Source of the DNA: Phoronis australis
Lineage: Eukaryota > Animalia > Phoronida
Direction of reading: 5' to 3'
Assembly (NCBI GenBank): GCA_002633005.1
Contig: NMRA01000693.1
Coordinates: forward strand, 1-64,000
DNA length: 64,000 nucleotides
Part shown: piece after piece, positions 51,701 to 64,000 of the stretch
Numbering within the stretch: the stretch's first letter is position 1
Layout of the letters: every line of letters starts with the position of its first letter
Notes under the pieces: generated by a model
Databases searched by the model: none
The model's input: the letters and a program-made list of their open reading frames with translations, nothing else
Told to the model about the DNA's origin: nothing
Program-made: the position numbers and the translations under genes

Positions 51701-54337
51701 ATATTTCCATTCTTATTAGTGTACTTGCTGCGAAACATGGCATTCGCTTGAATTTCCATTTTTTTCCGTTTTGTTAGATACGCAAGTAATGTTCCCTACC
51801 TAACTTACTTTCTTTCGCAGTTTAAGTCAATATTTTTTTATGCCGACGATCTCATGGACTCTTTCCTTTGTGACCATATTCCAGTGGGAACACTTCTAAT
51901 TTTTCAGTATTTCTTGAACAAGTCGCGGGTTTAACTTGCTTTAGTTATTTATGCCAATGTATTCACCCTCCAACAACAGATGGTATTGGATGCCATACAC
52001 ATAACGTTTGTTGCAGAGCGCCGTATTCACCCGATGCAGCGTATCATAGACTATATGAACGAAATGGGACTAAGACCCGTAGAACTATTGCGCTCGTTTG
52101 ATAAAGACGTCAAATTTAAACTCTCCGAAGAAGAGTTTGTGTCCAGAATACAGGTATATGACTGACTTCAATTTTCCAGAATATGTTCTGAAATACTCCG
52201 ACATGGTTTCTTTTAATGTCCTTCTCTGCTATGCCATATGCATAGAAGTGACGGGACGTTAGTACCTGTCCACTTATTGTTATGCTTATTTACTTGTTAT
52301 ATTTCATTTATTCTTATGCTAATTTATTTGTTGCGTCTCAGTGCGCCTTCGCTAGCGATAGGCTTCAAAAAGATAGTGTTTCCTTCTTTCTTTGGCAACT
52401 GTGGATTGAGCTTATGTAATTTCGAACTGAACTGTAATGTACATGTATGTGTAAGATAAAATACACATTTTGGTGTCCTTTAGAGATTTCATTTGTTACA
52501 CATAGATATAATCAATATGCTTCTATGTTTATCTCATTGGATATATTATTAGTATATGTCTATGGTTTGAGTAAATGCCGTTATATCCAAATGTAATGTA
52601 TCGCTTTTTAGGTTAATTGTATTTATATTGTATTATATTTAATATCTTCATAGATGTGGGTGGGCGTGTGCGTGAGTCAGAGGCTTATCTACGGTTTAAG
52701 CCCCCTGAGACAGGATCAAAAATAAAAATTAAAAAACGTCGTCAGGTAAACGAAATCAGCTACAAAAAACAAACAAAAAATCCTACACGGGAGGGTGGAA
52801 CCCTCACTTGACCTTCCCCCGCTCAGCACTACGCACCTGGAATTCGTCGCGCAAATTCTAAACCCCCTTTTACGTAGATCTGCCACTGCACGGCGCGTGT
52901 GTGTACATCAACATGTAGTAAGTGCGGAGCTTGTGATTTTTATGTGAGAGAAGGTGTAAATGAACATGAACGCACTGGACAAAAATAAGGTGGAGTCAAA
53001 ATATTTAGAATAAGATATTAATGGATCTGGGGTAGGCACGCTTTTCCCAAATTCTCTTGATTGTATCACCTGTAAACTTTGCAGTGCCCATAGTGTAGGC
53101 TTCCATGGGGATAAATGCAGTTGCCCTTGATCGGCATCTTATTTTGGGATCGGTGTGTACGTTACCTGGACCTTCTCTGTTAGTTATGCGTAAACGTTTT
53201 GCACTTTCCTTGAGCATTTTGGAGAGCCTGGCGTTTTCCTGTTTCGTTTCGCTTTATTGAAGTACGTGCGTTTTTTTAAAGGGAACTGGGATTCAACTGC
53301 ACAAGCACGAGATTGAAGAACTCATGGAGTTCGTGAGGGCAAAGGGCAAGAAGAAGAATGGTAAAAACCTCACTTACGAGTAAGTAAATATTGGTACATT
53401 GTTGTTCATCGTCTCAAGTTGCAAGCTGGCTGGTCTGGTGGCTAGGTAACTCTAAGCGCTTGCACTTTTGGCACATCTGGCACCCTACTGTAATTGTCAA
53501 TGCATGTTTTTACGAAAGTCAAGACACCACTACATGTGCATTGTAGTCGACAGTTATGCCTAACCCAAACTAGAACATACTATTTCGTGAACGCTATGGT
53601 CTTGCCACCTGCTGACTGTAGTATGCTCAGTAACTTCCCTGCGATTTCGGCAGACTCACACCTTCACTGCAAGTCGCTAGTTGTGTTCTCGAAGTCGTGA
53701 ATGGTTTAAGCAAATTCCAGAAGTACAACTTGATATGTGCTGAATATGTGCATCGATTGGATATATGATACCTAACACGTTTTGTGTCTTCCCTCCACAT
53801 AGTCAGTTGGTGGACAGTGTGCTTTCTCACGTTGAGTCAGATCGAAACTTCCACATCGCCAAGCGAGAATACTCTAAGAAGAAGGAAGAACATCACCACC
53901 AAATGTTGAACCCCAGTCTTCCCCCACTGGAGAAAATTGAGGAAACGCCGCGGAAACCACTGACGAATACATCTCGAACAAGCAGTACGAAGAGACTGAC
54001 CGCGGGAAGTTTGCTGTCCACGAGGGCGCTTAACCCTGTTTCCAACATCAGTTTTTACAAGCTTGACTCCCGACCGCCAACCACCCCGGGTAGCATCATG
54101 GTAAGTATGACCGCGCCGGTGATTGGGCAAAAGCCAAAGAAACCAAAAGTAGAGGGGAAAAAGAAAAGAAAAAGGAAAAAACAGAAAGCCCCGCTTGAAA
54201 AACCGGAAGTAGAGCTTCCCGAAATTCAACACTCCGCGGATGTAAGACAGCCGTCTCAAATGGACAACTTAGTAGAGTCAATGGAGTCGTTGTTAGTCAT
54301 CTCGCCACCGCCGGAGAATCTGGCTCTGAAAGTGTAA
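42526..54337 (+). CDS. LRRC74: Leucine-rich repeat-containing protein 74-like (RNI-type LRRs plus EF-hand-like region), 12 coding exons, ~659 aa
   Basis: Phase-consistent GT-AG exons: 42526-42724, 43436-43611, 43836-43943, 44404-44500, 44667-44798, 46967-47052, 47420-47614, 51272-51370, 51508-51625, 52017-52153, 53282-53379, 53803-54337. N-terminal YDTDLE motif; LRRs (LNLSNRNLG, LDLSGNDLG, LDLSHNAF, LNLSWNNI, LDMSFNGLG, LAGNPL); LLRSFDKDVKFKLSEEEF. AATAAA at ~54504. Confidence 0.88.
43436..44798 (+). CDS. LRRC74: LRRC74-like exons 2-5 (43436-43611, 43836-43943, 44404-44500, 44667-44798)
   Basis: Consecutive LRR-coding exons with canonical splice sites and matching phases. Confidence 0.85.
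44930..46745 (+). mobile_element. Decayed, 3'-truncated RTE-X-like LINE (APE plus partial RT) in LRRC74 intron 5
   Basis: WNAQGL, FDIICICETW, PPEGSSPY, IVGDLNARTG, SLVDYVL, ESDHLPV, KAGGYDG, GISLLSALGKLFT, QAGFRKGYSTIDQVF, FVDFSKAFD, GTRQGCMINPLLF. Confidence 0.85.
46967..47614 (+). CDS. LRRC74: LRRC74-like exons 6-7 (46967-47052, 47420-47614)
   Basis: LNLSWNNIRKKGAV and LQTLDMSFNGLGYEG...LDVRENRINWEGA with canonical splice sites. Confidence 0.85.
48255..49150 (-). mobile_element. CR1/L2-like LINE 3' fragment (duplicated at ~49628-50530)
   Basis: The minus strand encodes RSRCGLFLNNEKFRHNFNNISPLC.CGDAQTNAHVFFAC and ends in AATAAA plus an A-rich tail. Confidence 0.65.
50566..50823. mobile_element. 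GC-rich MITE with CATG termini
   Basis: TIRs CATGCGCGCATCCAG / CTGGGTGCGCGCATG, with AGAAT on both flanks (5-bp TSD). Confidence 0.75.
50877..51180 (+). mobile_element. Degenerate tRNA-derived SINE
   Basis: GAGGAGACAGTGTGGCTCAGTAGTTAGAGCTCCGGACTCCC (A box, tRNA-like head); AT-rich end. Confidence 0.45.
51272..53379 (+). CDS. LRRC74: LRRC74-like exons 8-11 (51272-51370, 51508-51625, 52017-52153, 53282-53379)
   Basis: LAGNPLTTTGCLDIV, WKHGG, PMQRIIDYMNEMGLRPVELLRSFDKD and GTGIQLHKHEIEELM; canonical sites, matching phases. Confidence 0.8.
53803..54337 (+). CDS. LRRC74: LRRC74-like terminal exon
   Basis: Acceptor CATAG|T; open to TAA 54337; basic KKKRKRKK stretch. Confidence 0.8.
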
Positions 54338-55031
54338 TGCTAGGTCCAAGCAAATGGTTTTCATTTTCGTTGGTGCTAAGAAATTTGCAACCTTTTAAGG
54401 TCTTAAAAGACCTGATTGCCCAGCGGTGACAGTGCTGTTGAAGCGGCAGTCATCGTGTGGGTCTCAGTATTGCGCTGCAGCTGCCAATCTCGATAGGCAT
54501 TAAAATAAAAGTATTATATTGAATACTTTTTTCCCTATATGATATAAAACCCATTCAGAAATATTTTTGTTGTAAATAATATATTTATTTTCTGCCTAGA
54601 TGGATTATGCAAGACACTTAAGTGCAATGTGTGGACGCTCTTGGTCTATATTTTGATTTACACTATATATTTTACGTTTGATTAATTTTGCCGGTTGTTA
54701 AATTTGTCTTATAATATTAAAGTAGGAATTGTGTTGTCCTGCTGGAAAGCAGTGTTATGAAGAGTAATATGTAATGCTGGTTATCCACAAAGATAGGGAT
54801 GCTAATCGCTTAGCTGTTATTGACAGTTATTGAGATTAGAGACGAACACGAGTGTTCGCGTGGTTTCCCGCTGGTGATATGTGGCGAAATCCCGTGTAAT
54901 CTCTCCAAACTCCATGGCGAAGTATGCATATTCACCTCTCATTTTGTTCTCGACATTGCTGTAAATATTACACTGACAAAGGCCCGTTTTTGTATAGGTA
55001 AGATATTGTGATGGTGATATTGTGAGCTTAA

Positions 55032-55344
55032 AAGGAAATTATCGGTTTATCTGCTGAAGAACACGTTTTGGGAATTGTTAAGTGGACTTCTTAAAATTAT
55101 TATTTTTGACTAGAGGTATAAAGCAACAAAATCCGTTGTAGATTTGTAATTTTGTTACAAACCGCTAACTCTCAAATCAGGTCCGGCGATATTGCATGTT
55201 AAATACACTTAATCTGCTCAGCCATTTATCAAGTAAGATTAGTTCCGCCGCACAACATTGGACTGCGACCGTGAGAGTTACAGTTTCGATTTCGCGCCGA
55301 GGCTGGTCTCTATAAAAATCACTTTTCTCACCGATAGAGTCCCT
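55032..55344. mobile_element. TTAA-flanked MITE (Kolobok-like)
   Basis: TTAA|AAGGAAATTATCGGT at the left and ACCGATAGAGTCCCT|TTAA at the right. Confidence 0.55.
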
Positions 55345-58329
55345 TTAATGGAATTGAATTTTGCGGAGTGTGCAACGAAGAAAATTAATTTCAAACTGTT
55401 TTCTCATTTTTAAGTTTGCAGCACTGACGTAGAATGCAGCCTGTGAATTATCAAAAATAAAACGTCTCTGAAGTTTCCATGGTTTGCTATTAGTTCATTT
55501 AATGCTGATATGTTTAGTATGTTTGCACATGCATAGTCACCGGCCCCATAGCTCCTTACATTACACTGATGGAATAAAAAATGATGCACTTAAATTCTAT
55601 TTCCAGAATACCACTAATGTTGTTGAATACCTTTGTTAAAAATTTTGTTTACTTCAAGAAAAGACTCTTGCACGCACTTCAGGGGTTTCAAGAATCAAAA
55701 CGCTTAGTGTATAATTTTTAGCCTTGAGATGAGCAATAGCTTAATGTCCTCAAATAACAAACACCGTGCTGAGTGAAATGAAACTCGTCTTCTATCACAA
55801 GAAGACATTAAGTAATAAAACAAATCTACAAATTCGTAATTCGCAATTGTCCCCCACATTGGATTTCAATGCAATAATTTGGTTTTGATTTCAGACTAAA
55901 GAAACCTAACAAAATTTATAATCAGATGTTGAAATTTTTGAGATATTAAGCCTTGAACTTTGTACGTAAGGCAGTACGTAGTATCAACAAGTTTTCACCT
56001 ACTTCTCTCCCATTCATGAAAGGCACAATCTCTGACTCGGCAAATATTTCAACAGAACTATCGGTGGCGCTAACACCAACCATAATCAAACCTGTATTCG
56101 TATAACTCTTATATTTCGAGCTCGCGTTTTCCTGCTACTCTCGTCCAGTTATGACGTTTCAACTTGTGGCAGATCGTGTTTTAGAAGTTTATTACATCAA
56201 CCAACAAATATAGAAACACCAACGTAATTCTAAGAAACGCCTTATGTATAGTTCTGGACATTGTGTAAAATGCATTTTTAGTGCAAGAAACGACCGCCTT
56301 CCGTGGAAATGTTCATGCGTTGGCTTACACAGTAGAACTAATGATTTTTTGTCAGGTTGTGATACTCACAAACTTCACTCAAAATAATTGAAAACTGAAT
56401 CCAGCATTTTGCTACAACTGCCTATAACAATGATAGTTTGCTAAGCACACCTTTGTCCAGGCACTTTTTTGCAGTTTCAGGCAGTGTTTTATACAATTTG
56501 TAAATTACATGTGTCAGCGCAGAGAGTGACCCAAAATTCTCCTAACGCTGTAGCACTTAGTGGCATAACATCCTACTAGTAAAATGAGCTTACATAACTT
56601 AACTCGAACATTTTCTGCGACACTGTAAATTTGAAAACATAAAAGCTCTGGTCCCTACTGTCAAATAGGGGTTGAAATGCGCCAACGACTGCACGCTGCA
56701 AACAGTGGGACCTATGCTTCCAGGAATGTTGATTAGTACCATGCAACTGGTCAGTAGATGACTCCGATTACTTCAAACACGTCCGAAAATAGGAAGGGGT
56801 CGCCGTCTCCCAACGTAACGAAAATCTGTCAAGGAATTCCGAAGTTATAGTGGCAATTGTAAAAATTAAATTGTGACTTAGAAGCAAAAATGTGGTTGGA
56901 TCCGCTGGAAAGAAGTCATCCTCTGTTGTCATGCTCCTACGAACACGCTTGCCAAATTTTACAAAGATCCTACGAGAAGTTAAGGACATACAGTCACTAA
57001 CTGAACTGAAAATTCGCCATTGAGACTCTTGCACTTTTTCAAATGTCTGCCAAAAAAGAACAATGTTTGTATTTGTTAATATGACATCTATACCTACATT
57101 ATCACCAAAGTTTTTTAAAACTCTTGAATCTCATTGCGTGAACAATAACATAACGTATAGGAAAACGGTTAACCATAGCGTCACATAGGCGGATTTAGGG
57201 GGGCCCGCTCCCCCAAACTTGGCTGGCAAGCAAAATGAAACAGCAAAAGCAAAAGAGAGCTCAGTAACTAGGACCGGTAGCGGACCAGGGGGGGGGGCTC
57301 AAATCCCAGTTCGCGCTCATGTTTTTTTTTAGTCCACCGATAGCTTTTCCGAACAGAAGGTCCACATCCTCGGCCCCGCAACCTCTCGGACCGCCTGTGC
57401 ACATACAATCGACCTTTGCCCGATTCCCCGAGGCATATAAATATCCGGCGGCGACTGGTCATCAAAAATAACATCCTGGCAATTTGGCTTTTCACTGAAT
57501 GTGGGTTAATTTAGTCATTTAGAAAACTAGAAAATGAACAGGGGCTTTTTACTTAAATTAGAATAGATATTATCATTACATAACTTGCGCGCATAATCTT
57601 TGAGGAATGATTTGTCCTGCGGGTAATTTTTCATCACGACCAACAATTCGTGCGAAGTAGACTACGAGCACGTGCATAGTGAGGAAATTCAAGGGTAACC
57701 TATATATGTGGGGTGGTATACGGGGCGGACTCTCTGATGGTGACATTTTCATGGTCAGATACTCTACAGAAATAGTATATTTTCCAAATTACCTACTAAT
57801 TGGTTCACCTTTTGTATCGGAACACTATGAAAGCGTCCATCTTTACCACAGGACCCCCCAATATTTTCACTGATGTTTTGCTGCGTTAAAAAGGTCGTTT
57901 TAAGCAGCTGCTTGGCCACGGTCAACTTAATGCCAAGTGCCTGTAACACAAGAAAGATAATGTGTGGATGGGAATCAGCATCGTATAGTCTTTGAAAGGT
58001 CTTGCACATACATGCATGAGCATAAGTTAGCTTTGTATTTTTTGTTTACCACATAATCCTGTATACAAGATCATGACATTAGGCGACATAAAACAATATA
58101 CAAAATGTAATGTATTTTCGGCAAACACTTAGAAATGCAACTGGATCCCGAAAGTAAGAATGTAAGACCATGCCATTTTTTGGATATAAAGGCAGTCATC
58201 ACATTTCTAATACATTTTTCGCCAGCTGGTTGTAAATTTCAAACTGGCCAACTCGCGGCACTCGTTTCTTATGTCATTCCCTACTCGGTGCTGGAAGACT
58301 GAGAGTACATGCATGTGTTTGGGGATGAG

Positions 58330-58600
58330 GCTTTTTCTCTAAGTCGGGTTGTTAGGGATGGTATCGTCTCGAGTGAGTAAGTATATATTCCTCGCCTTTT
58401 ACGCCATTTCAGGTTTTGTCTAGGGTGAATGTTTTTGGACTTGTGATGTCCCGAAGGTGTTGTTTGGTAAATGAAAGAAGTGCCTACTGACTGAGTGGTC
58501 AAAATTTGATAGAAATTTTCATCTTGTATTGGCTCTGGTACCCATTTTCCTCTTTTCCCTGAAATTGCGTTGGTATGGATACCCTTTGCCCTACCGGAGG
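58330..58600 (-). mobile_element. Possible decayed Penelope GIY-YIG C-terminal remnant
   Basis: The minus strand gives HSVSRHFFHLPN and RKRRGIYTYSLETIPSL, reminiscent of PLE 'VA.HF...RE..WIY.L.T..P.GLN'. Confidence 0.25.
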
Positions 58601-59105
58601 ATAGCTTAGAATTACTTTCGTATCACGCCTGCTTAACATTCTATAACTGTATCACTGTCACAGCTAAGAGAATATAAACGCGTTGATGTTAAGAAACCAA
58701 TTGGCAAATAAAAATAGAATTTCCTCGGCAGTACCGTTCGCCATCAATTCAACCAACTGCCATTAGAAAATTTCGGCAAAAAACGTTTTACCTGCTCTAC
58801 ACAGGTTTTAATTACATCATCGGGTGTATCGTTTCTTAACTAACACAATGCAAGGTAAGAGAGCCAATTGACTCCATCATTGTGTGGCCTCCGTCTGTGG
58901 ATGGGAAAGGACATGAATAAAAAAATCAAGAAATGGGTGACCTTCAGTGGGTCTCCTCAAAGCGCTGTTTTCCCTAAATAAGAAAGAATATATAATTTCA
59001 AAAACATGAAAATGAGCAGAAATCGATGCTATCATGAATTAATGCTATATATCACCAGGACCCCTCTCCGTCAGGCTTTCAAGAACATCAAATGATATGC
59101 TATTA

Positions 59106-59250
59106 CATGGGCGGCGCAACACTGAAGAAAGTGGGGGGCTAAAGCCCCTCAGTCCCCCTGTGGTGCACCGCCTATAGACCATGTGCGGCCTAGCACTGAA
59201 AAAGTGGGGGGGGGCTATAGCCCCTAGCCCTCTATGGTGCGCCGCCCATG
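59106..59250. mobile_element. Small dimeric GC-rich MITE with CATGGGCG termini (duplicated at 61080-61224)
   Basis: CATGGGCGGCGCA...TGCGCCGCCCATG, containing two ~70-bp subunits (CACTGAA.AAAGTGGGGGG.CTA.AGCCCCT). Confidence 0.7.
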
Positions 59251-60099
59251 TATATGGAAAACGGTGAGCGACGTGGTTCCGTTATCCTTGCCCTATTGGT
59301 TCCTGGATACATTTTTTTGTATTCATTGTCTTCATGAAATTAAAAATCTCAGGAATCAGAAATCGCTCTGGGAAACCCGTACATAACACGTTTTCTTGTT
59401 TTTTTTTTAAGTCTATATGATTAGTGTAGGTTTTCAGATGATGCATGGTTTACCAGCAGCGGTACAAAATCCTATCGGGGCGGCCATAACTGTTACAGTC
59501 TTAACCGCTACAATACCCTTCGAGGCACACGGTGGGTTGCAAAGTCTGGCGCTCAACGGACCGCGGACCTCTTAGTCTGTTCGTATCTTACGGCCATTTC
59601 AAGCTCCATCCCAGGGATCACGAAGTCCATCTGATGCACTCATTATACACCATTGTTCAACTGTCTATTCGTTCTCTATGTAACCCTCAGTCGTGGAATG
59701 TATAGGCCCTTCTACATTTATATGTTCCGTTTTCTCTGTAGGCCTATTTTACCTTAATTGACATACATTTCCTTGTTATATATGTATTTCATGCTTGGCA
59801 TATACATATGTGCCTTGCTGACACCTCATAGAAACGCTCGTATTCATTTTCCTTTTGTCATCTTTATTTACAGATGATATCTCGAAAAGACACGTATCTC
59901 TATAGTATTTTTTATTATATGAAATAAAGCTATTATTTACGAAAGTCATGGTAGTTTGAAATAAACACAGGCACGCACACATTCACACATCCCGTGGGAA
60001 CCAGGAAACAGAAAACAAGGGTATTATAGGAGCACATCTACTTTTAAAGTCATTTTGTTGGGAATTATTGTAATTTATATGTATATTTCAGTTAAACAG

Positions 60100-63000
60100 T
60101 AGTCGTGAAATTCCCTTTTAATTAATTAAATCTTTCAAGGTGCTCTCTTCGCCAGTCTTTGTTTGTGGACATGAAATTTTGCGAGACACAGAAGGAGATT
60201 AATGACCTTTGGCTCATTTAATTTGCCAAAAATAACTTCAACGCAGCTAAGTTGGCGAGAAAAGTTACACCTGTTAGTCCTACCAACGATCGACAGTCTT
60301 CCAAAATGGAAAAACAAGTTCACAAAACCAAAACAAATGTACAACGTCTTCAGACTAAGCGTGGCAAAAATTACAGAGTTCTGAGTCTGAATTACCAATT
60401 TTAAACAGAAAACCATCATGAGTTAAACGAATTTGAAACAAGGTCTAGTTTCAGACGTGAAATCAACAGACACAGTTTACTACTTTCCTCCATCACTCAA
60501 GAGAAGGTGCAGTGCTCAAAGAAACTTCCCAATTCTTCTCAAATTCTGTTTTTATATCTTTCTCAACTAAGCCTGTGTAAATTATCTCGTTCATTTTTGG
60601 CTCGAAATTAAAGGTGAATTAAAACTGGAGCAATGTAGACTGAAGACGAACATTAAACTTGGAATTCGTACACATACGAATTACTTGTCGAATTGCATTT
60701 CGAAGTCCAAAAATGAAGGTGAATGGTGGAGAGAAGCCATCCGGGGCACAAAAACATTAGATGACCGGTGCCATCTTGACAATCATAGTAATAAACAAAG
60801 CCCCTTTTACCAGATACGATAAAAACAGGCCTCTTTCAATCAAAATATGCCGATTGAACCATGAAGGTTCAGAGACAAAATCGTTTCCGACGCAAGTATT
60901 TNAGAAATGGTTGACCTTCAATGGGTCTCCTCAAAACGCTGTTTTCCCTAAATAAGAAAGAATATATAATTTCAAAAAACATGAAAATGAGCAGAAATCG
61001 ATGCTATCATGAATTAATGCTATATATCACCAGGACCCTCTCCGTCAGGCTTTCAAGAACATCAAATGATATGCTATTACATGGGCGGCGCAACACTGAA
61101 GAAAGTGGGGGGCTAAAGCCCCTCAGCCCCCCTGTGGTGCACCGCCTATAGACCATGTGCGGCCTAGCACTGAAAAAGTGGAGGGGGGCTATAGCCCCTA
61201 GCCCTCTATGGTGCGCCGCCCATGTATATGGAAAACGGTGAGCGACGTGGTTCCGTTATCCTTGCCCTATTGGTTCCTGGATACATTTTTTTTGTATTCA
61301 TTGTCTTCATGAAATTAAAAATCTCAGGAATCAGAAATCGCTCTGGGAAACCCGTACATAACACATTTTCTTGTTTTTTTTAAGTCTATATGATTAGTGT
61401 AGGTTTTCAGATGACGTATGGTTTACCAGCAGCGGTACAAAATCCTATCGGGGCGGCCATAACTCTTACAGTCTTAACCGCTACAATACCCTTCGAGGCA
61501 CACGGTAGGTTGCAAAGTCTGGCACTCAACGGATCGCGGACCTCTTAGTCTGTTCGTATCTTACGGCCATTTCAAGCTCCATCCCAGGGATCACGAAGTC
61601 CATCTGATGCACTCATTATACACCATTGTTCAACTGTCTATTCATTCTCTATGTAACCCTCAGTCGTGGAATGTATAGGCCCTTCTACATTTATATGTTC
61701 CGTTTTCTCTGTAGGCCTATTTTACCTTAATTGACATACATTTCCTTGTTATATATGTATTTCATGCTTGGCATATACATATGTGCCTTGCTGACACCTC
61801 ATAGAAACGCTCGTATTCATTTTCCTTTTGTCATCTTTATTTACAGATGATATCTCGAAAAAACACGTATCTCTATAGTATTTTTTATTATATGAAATAA
61901 AGCTATTATTTACGAAAGTCATGGTAGTTTGAAATAAACACAGGCACGCACACATTCACACATCCCGTGGGAACCAGGAAACAGAAAACAAGGGTATTAT
62001 AGGAGCACATCTACTTTTAAAGTCATTTTGTTGGGAATTATTGTAATTTATATGTATATTTCAGTTAAACAGTAGTCGTGAAATTCCCTTTTAATTAATT
62101 AAATCTTTCAAGGTGCTCTCTTCGCCAGTCTTTGTTTGTGGACATGAAATTTTGCGAGACACAGAAGGAGATTAATGACCTTTGGCTCATTTAATTTGCC
62201 AAAAATAACTTCAACGCAGCTAAGTTGGCGAGAAAAGTTACACCTGTTAGTCCTACCAACGATCGACAGTCTTCCAAAATGGAAAAACAAGTTCACAAAA
62301 CCAAAACAAATGTACAACGTCTTCAGACTAAGCGTGGCAAAAATTACAGAGTTCTGAGTCTGAATTACCAATTTTAAACAGAAAACCATCATGAGTTAAA
62401 CGAATTTGAAACAAGGTCTAGTTTCAGACGTGAAATCAACAGACACAGTTTACTACTTTCCTCCATCACTCAAGAGAAGGTGCAGTGCTCAAAGAAACTT
62501 CCCAATTCTTCTCAAATTCTGTTTTTATATCTTTCTCAACTAAGCCTGTGTAAATTATCTCGTTCATTTTTGGCTCGAAATTAAAGGTGAATTAAAACTG
62601 GAGCAATGTAGACTGAAGACGAACATTAAACTTGGAATTCGTACACATACGAATTACTTGTCGAATTGCATTTCGAAGTCCAAAAATGAAGGTGAATGGT
62701 GGAGAGAAGCCATCCGGGGCACAAAAACATTAGATGACCGGTGCCATCTTGACAATCATAGTAATAAACAAAGCCCCTTTTACCAGATACGATAAAAACA
62801 GGCCTCTTTCAATCAAAATATGCCGATTGAACCATGAAGGTTCAGAGACAAAATCGTTTCCGACGCAAGTATTTGAATAGTGTAAACACAATTCTGCGAC
62901 AACACAAAAAATTGCTTCCAGGATTGCTCAAAGCGACTGAGCAGTTGACAGAACCGAAGAGGTTTTGCATCAGAACACTTTTCCAAGGGCTATAATGTGT

Positions 63001-63300
63001 TATGATTTTTTAATACATGCAAATTAAATTTAAGAGACTTAATAAAAGAGGGAATGTGAATCAATTTACCGCCATCCGGAAAACTCTCAGGTTTATTTTG
63101 CCAAACAAATTTAAATCATTTCTGTTCTAAAGACTCAACTATGATTTCTTTGTGCCGGTGACGGTAATCATGTAAACAAATGTACGAGCATAGGAAGGTC
63201 TGTCTGAGAGATCTCTTTGACTAGTCCAACAAATCCTTAGATAAATCCAGGAGTTCACTACCAAAGTTTAAATGGACAATTTCTGAAATATGTGTACTAA
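60100..63300 (-). mobile_element. Highly decayed Tx1/L1-like LINE ORF2 C-terminal fragments (partly duplicated)
   Basis: The minus strand gives FKFVWQNKP...GG...HIPSFIKSLK (~63030-63120) and VIFGKLNEPKVINLLLCLAKFHVHK (60135-60419 and 62108-62392). Confidence 0.55.
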
Positions 63301-64000
63301 AGGTTATTCTTAAGACATTAAAATGTGTCTTGGACCAGGACAAAGTTATTTCAGGGCGCAAGCGAATGTCGCGGCAACCCTTAATCCTTCCAGTCCAGAT
63401 ACAATGATTGTTTCTACATTAGGACGTGAGCCTTGAAAATTTATGAAACTGGTCCAAAAGATCCAAGGAGTATCTAAGTGAATCAGTTGTTATGTTATTA
63501 AAAAGCACGCTTTTGTTCCTAATGTCTGGAAAAAAGCGTTTGTGCACTGAAACACCAACCTCTTACACATAACAAACGTAAAATAACCAGAAAAACGATT
63601 ATTTTGCTTCGATTAACTCGATCAGTTTTTGAACTGTCCGAAGTTTGGAAAAGCAGTTCTTTCTGATGAGCACTGTGACCAACACAGACCGAATGACGAA
63701 AGTCGTTCTCGGTTCAGCACAGGTGGCGAATGTTTCTAATTTTAGTTCACCTGAAGATGACATCATAGGGGGAATTTCTGAGCGATATTATGTTGTTCAT
63801 GTGATCAAATCAAGAAATGTTCATGCGCATTATAAACGAGACCATTTTTAAAATTTATTTGGATGATTTGATTACATTAACGAGTAAAAAAGCACATGTG
63901 AATTTCACACAATAAATTATTTGGTTTATCCTAACTAATATGGGATTTCAGGACTGTTCAATGTTGCACTATTTTATCTGCGTACCGTTAAAAAGCACGA

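Larger units (their letters stand above)
18092..62874. other. Five near-identical tandem duplications joined at N gaps (probable uncollapsed haplotypes)
   Basis: 18092-19562/19585-21068, 21590-22371/22373-23154, 31632-32490/32492-33360, 47862-49234/49236-50614 and 58929-60901/60903-62874. Each junction is an N or a short N run. Confidence 0.85.

Noticed and set aside
63645-63851. 68-aa ORF near the window end
   Set aside because: No recognisable homology or splice signals.

Overview
AT-rich (~36% GC by eye) animal genomic DNA, probably a marine invertebrate such as a mollusc, from a draft assembly containing N gaps. Positions 1-25.2 kb are an old, diverged head-to-tail array of a ~2.05-kb unit of unknown origin. 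Its unit consensus looks stop-depleted on the minus strand, and it carries a higher-order A-B-C-A'-B' structure. The array is interrupted by a near full-length RNase H-bearing LINE with an RTE-type 5' leader, a Kolobok/THAP element, a hairpin element holding half a tRNA, and a MITE. Positions 25.9-28.6 kb hold RTE-X-like and Penelope remnants. Two spliced plus-strand genes follow: a compact CASP8AP2/FLASH homologue (29312-38008, ~956 aa) and an LRRC74-like leucine-rich-repeat/EF-hand gene (42526-54337, 12 exons, ~659 aa). The rest is MITEs and LINE fragments. Five near-identical tandem duplications joined by N are probably uncollapsed haplotypes. All alignments and translations were done by eye; no database searches were run.
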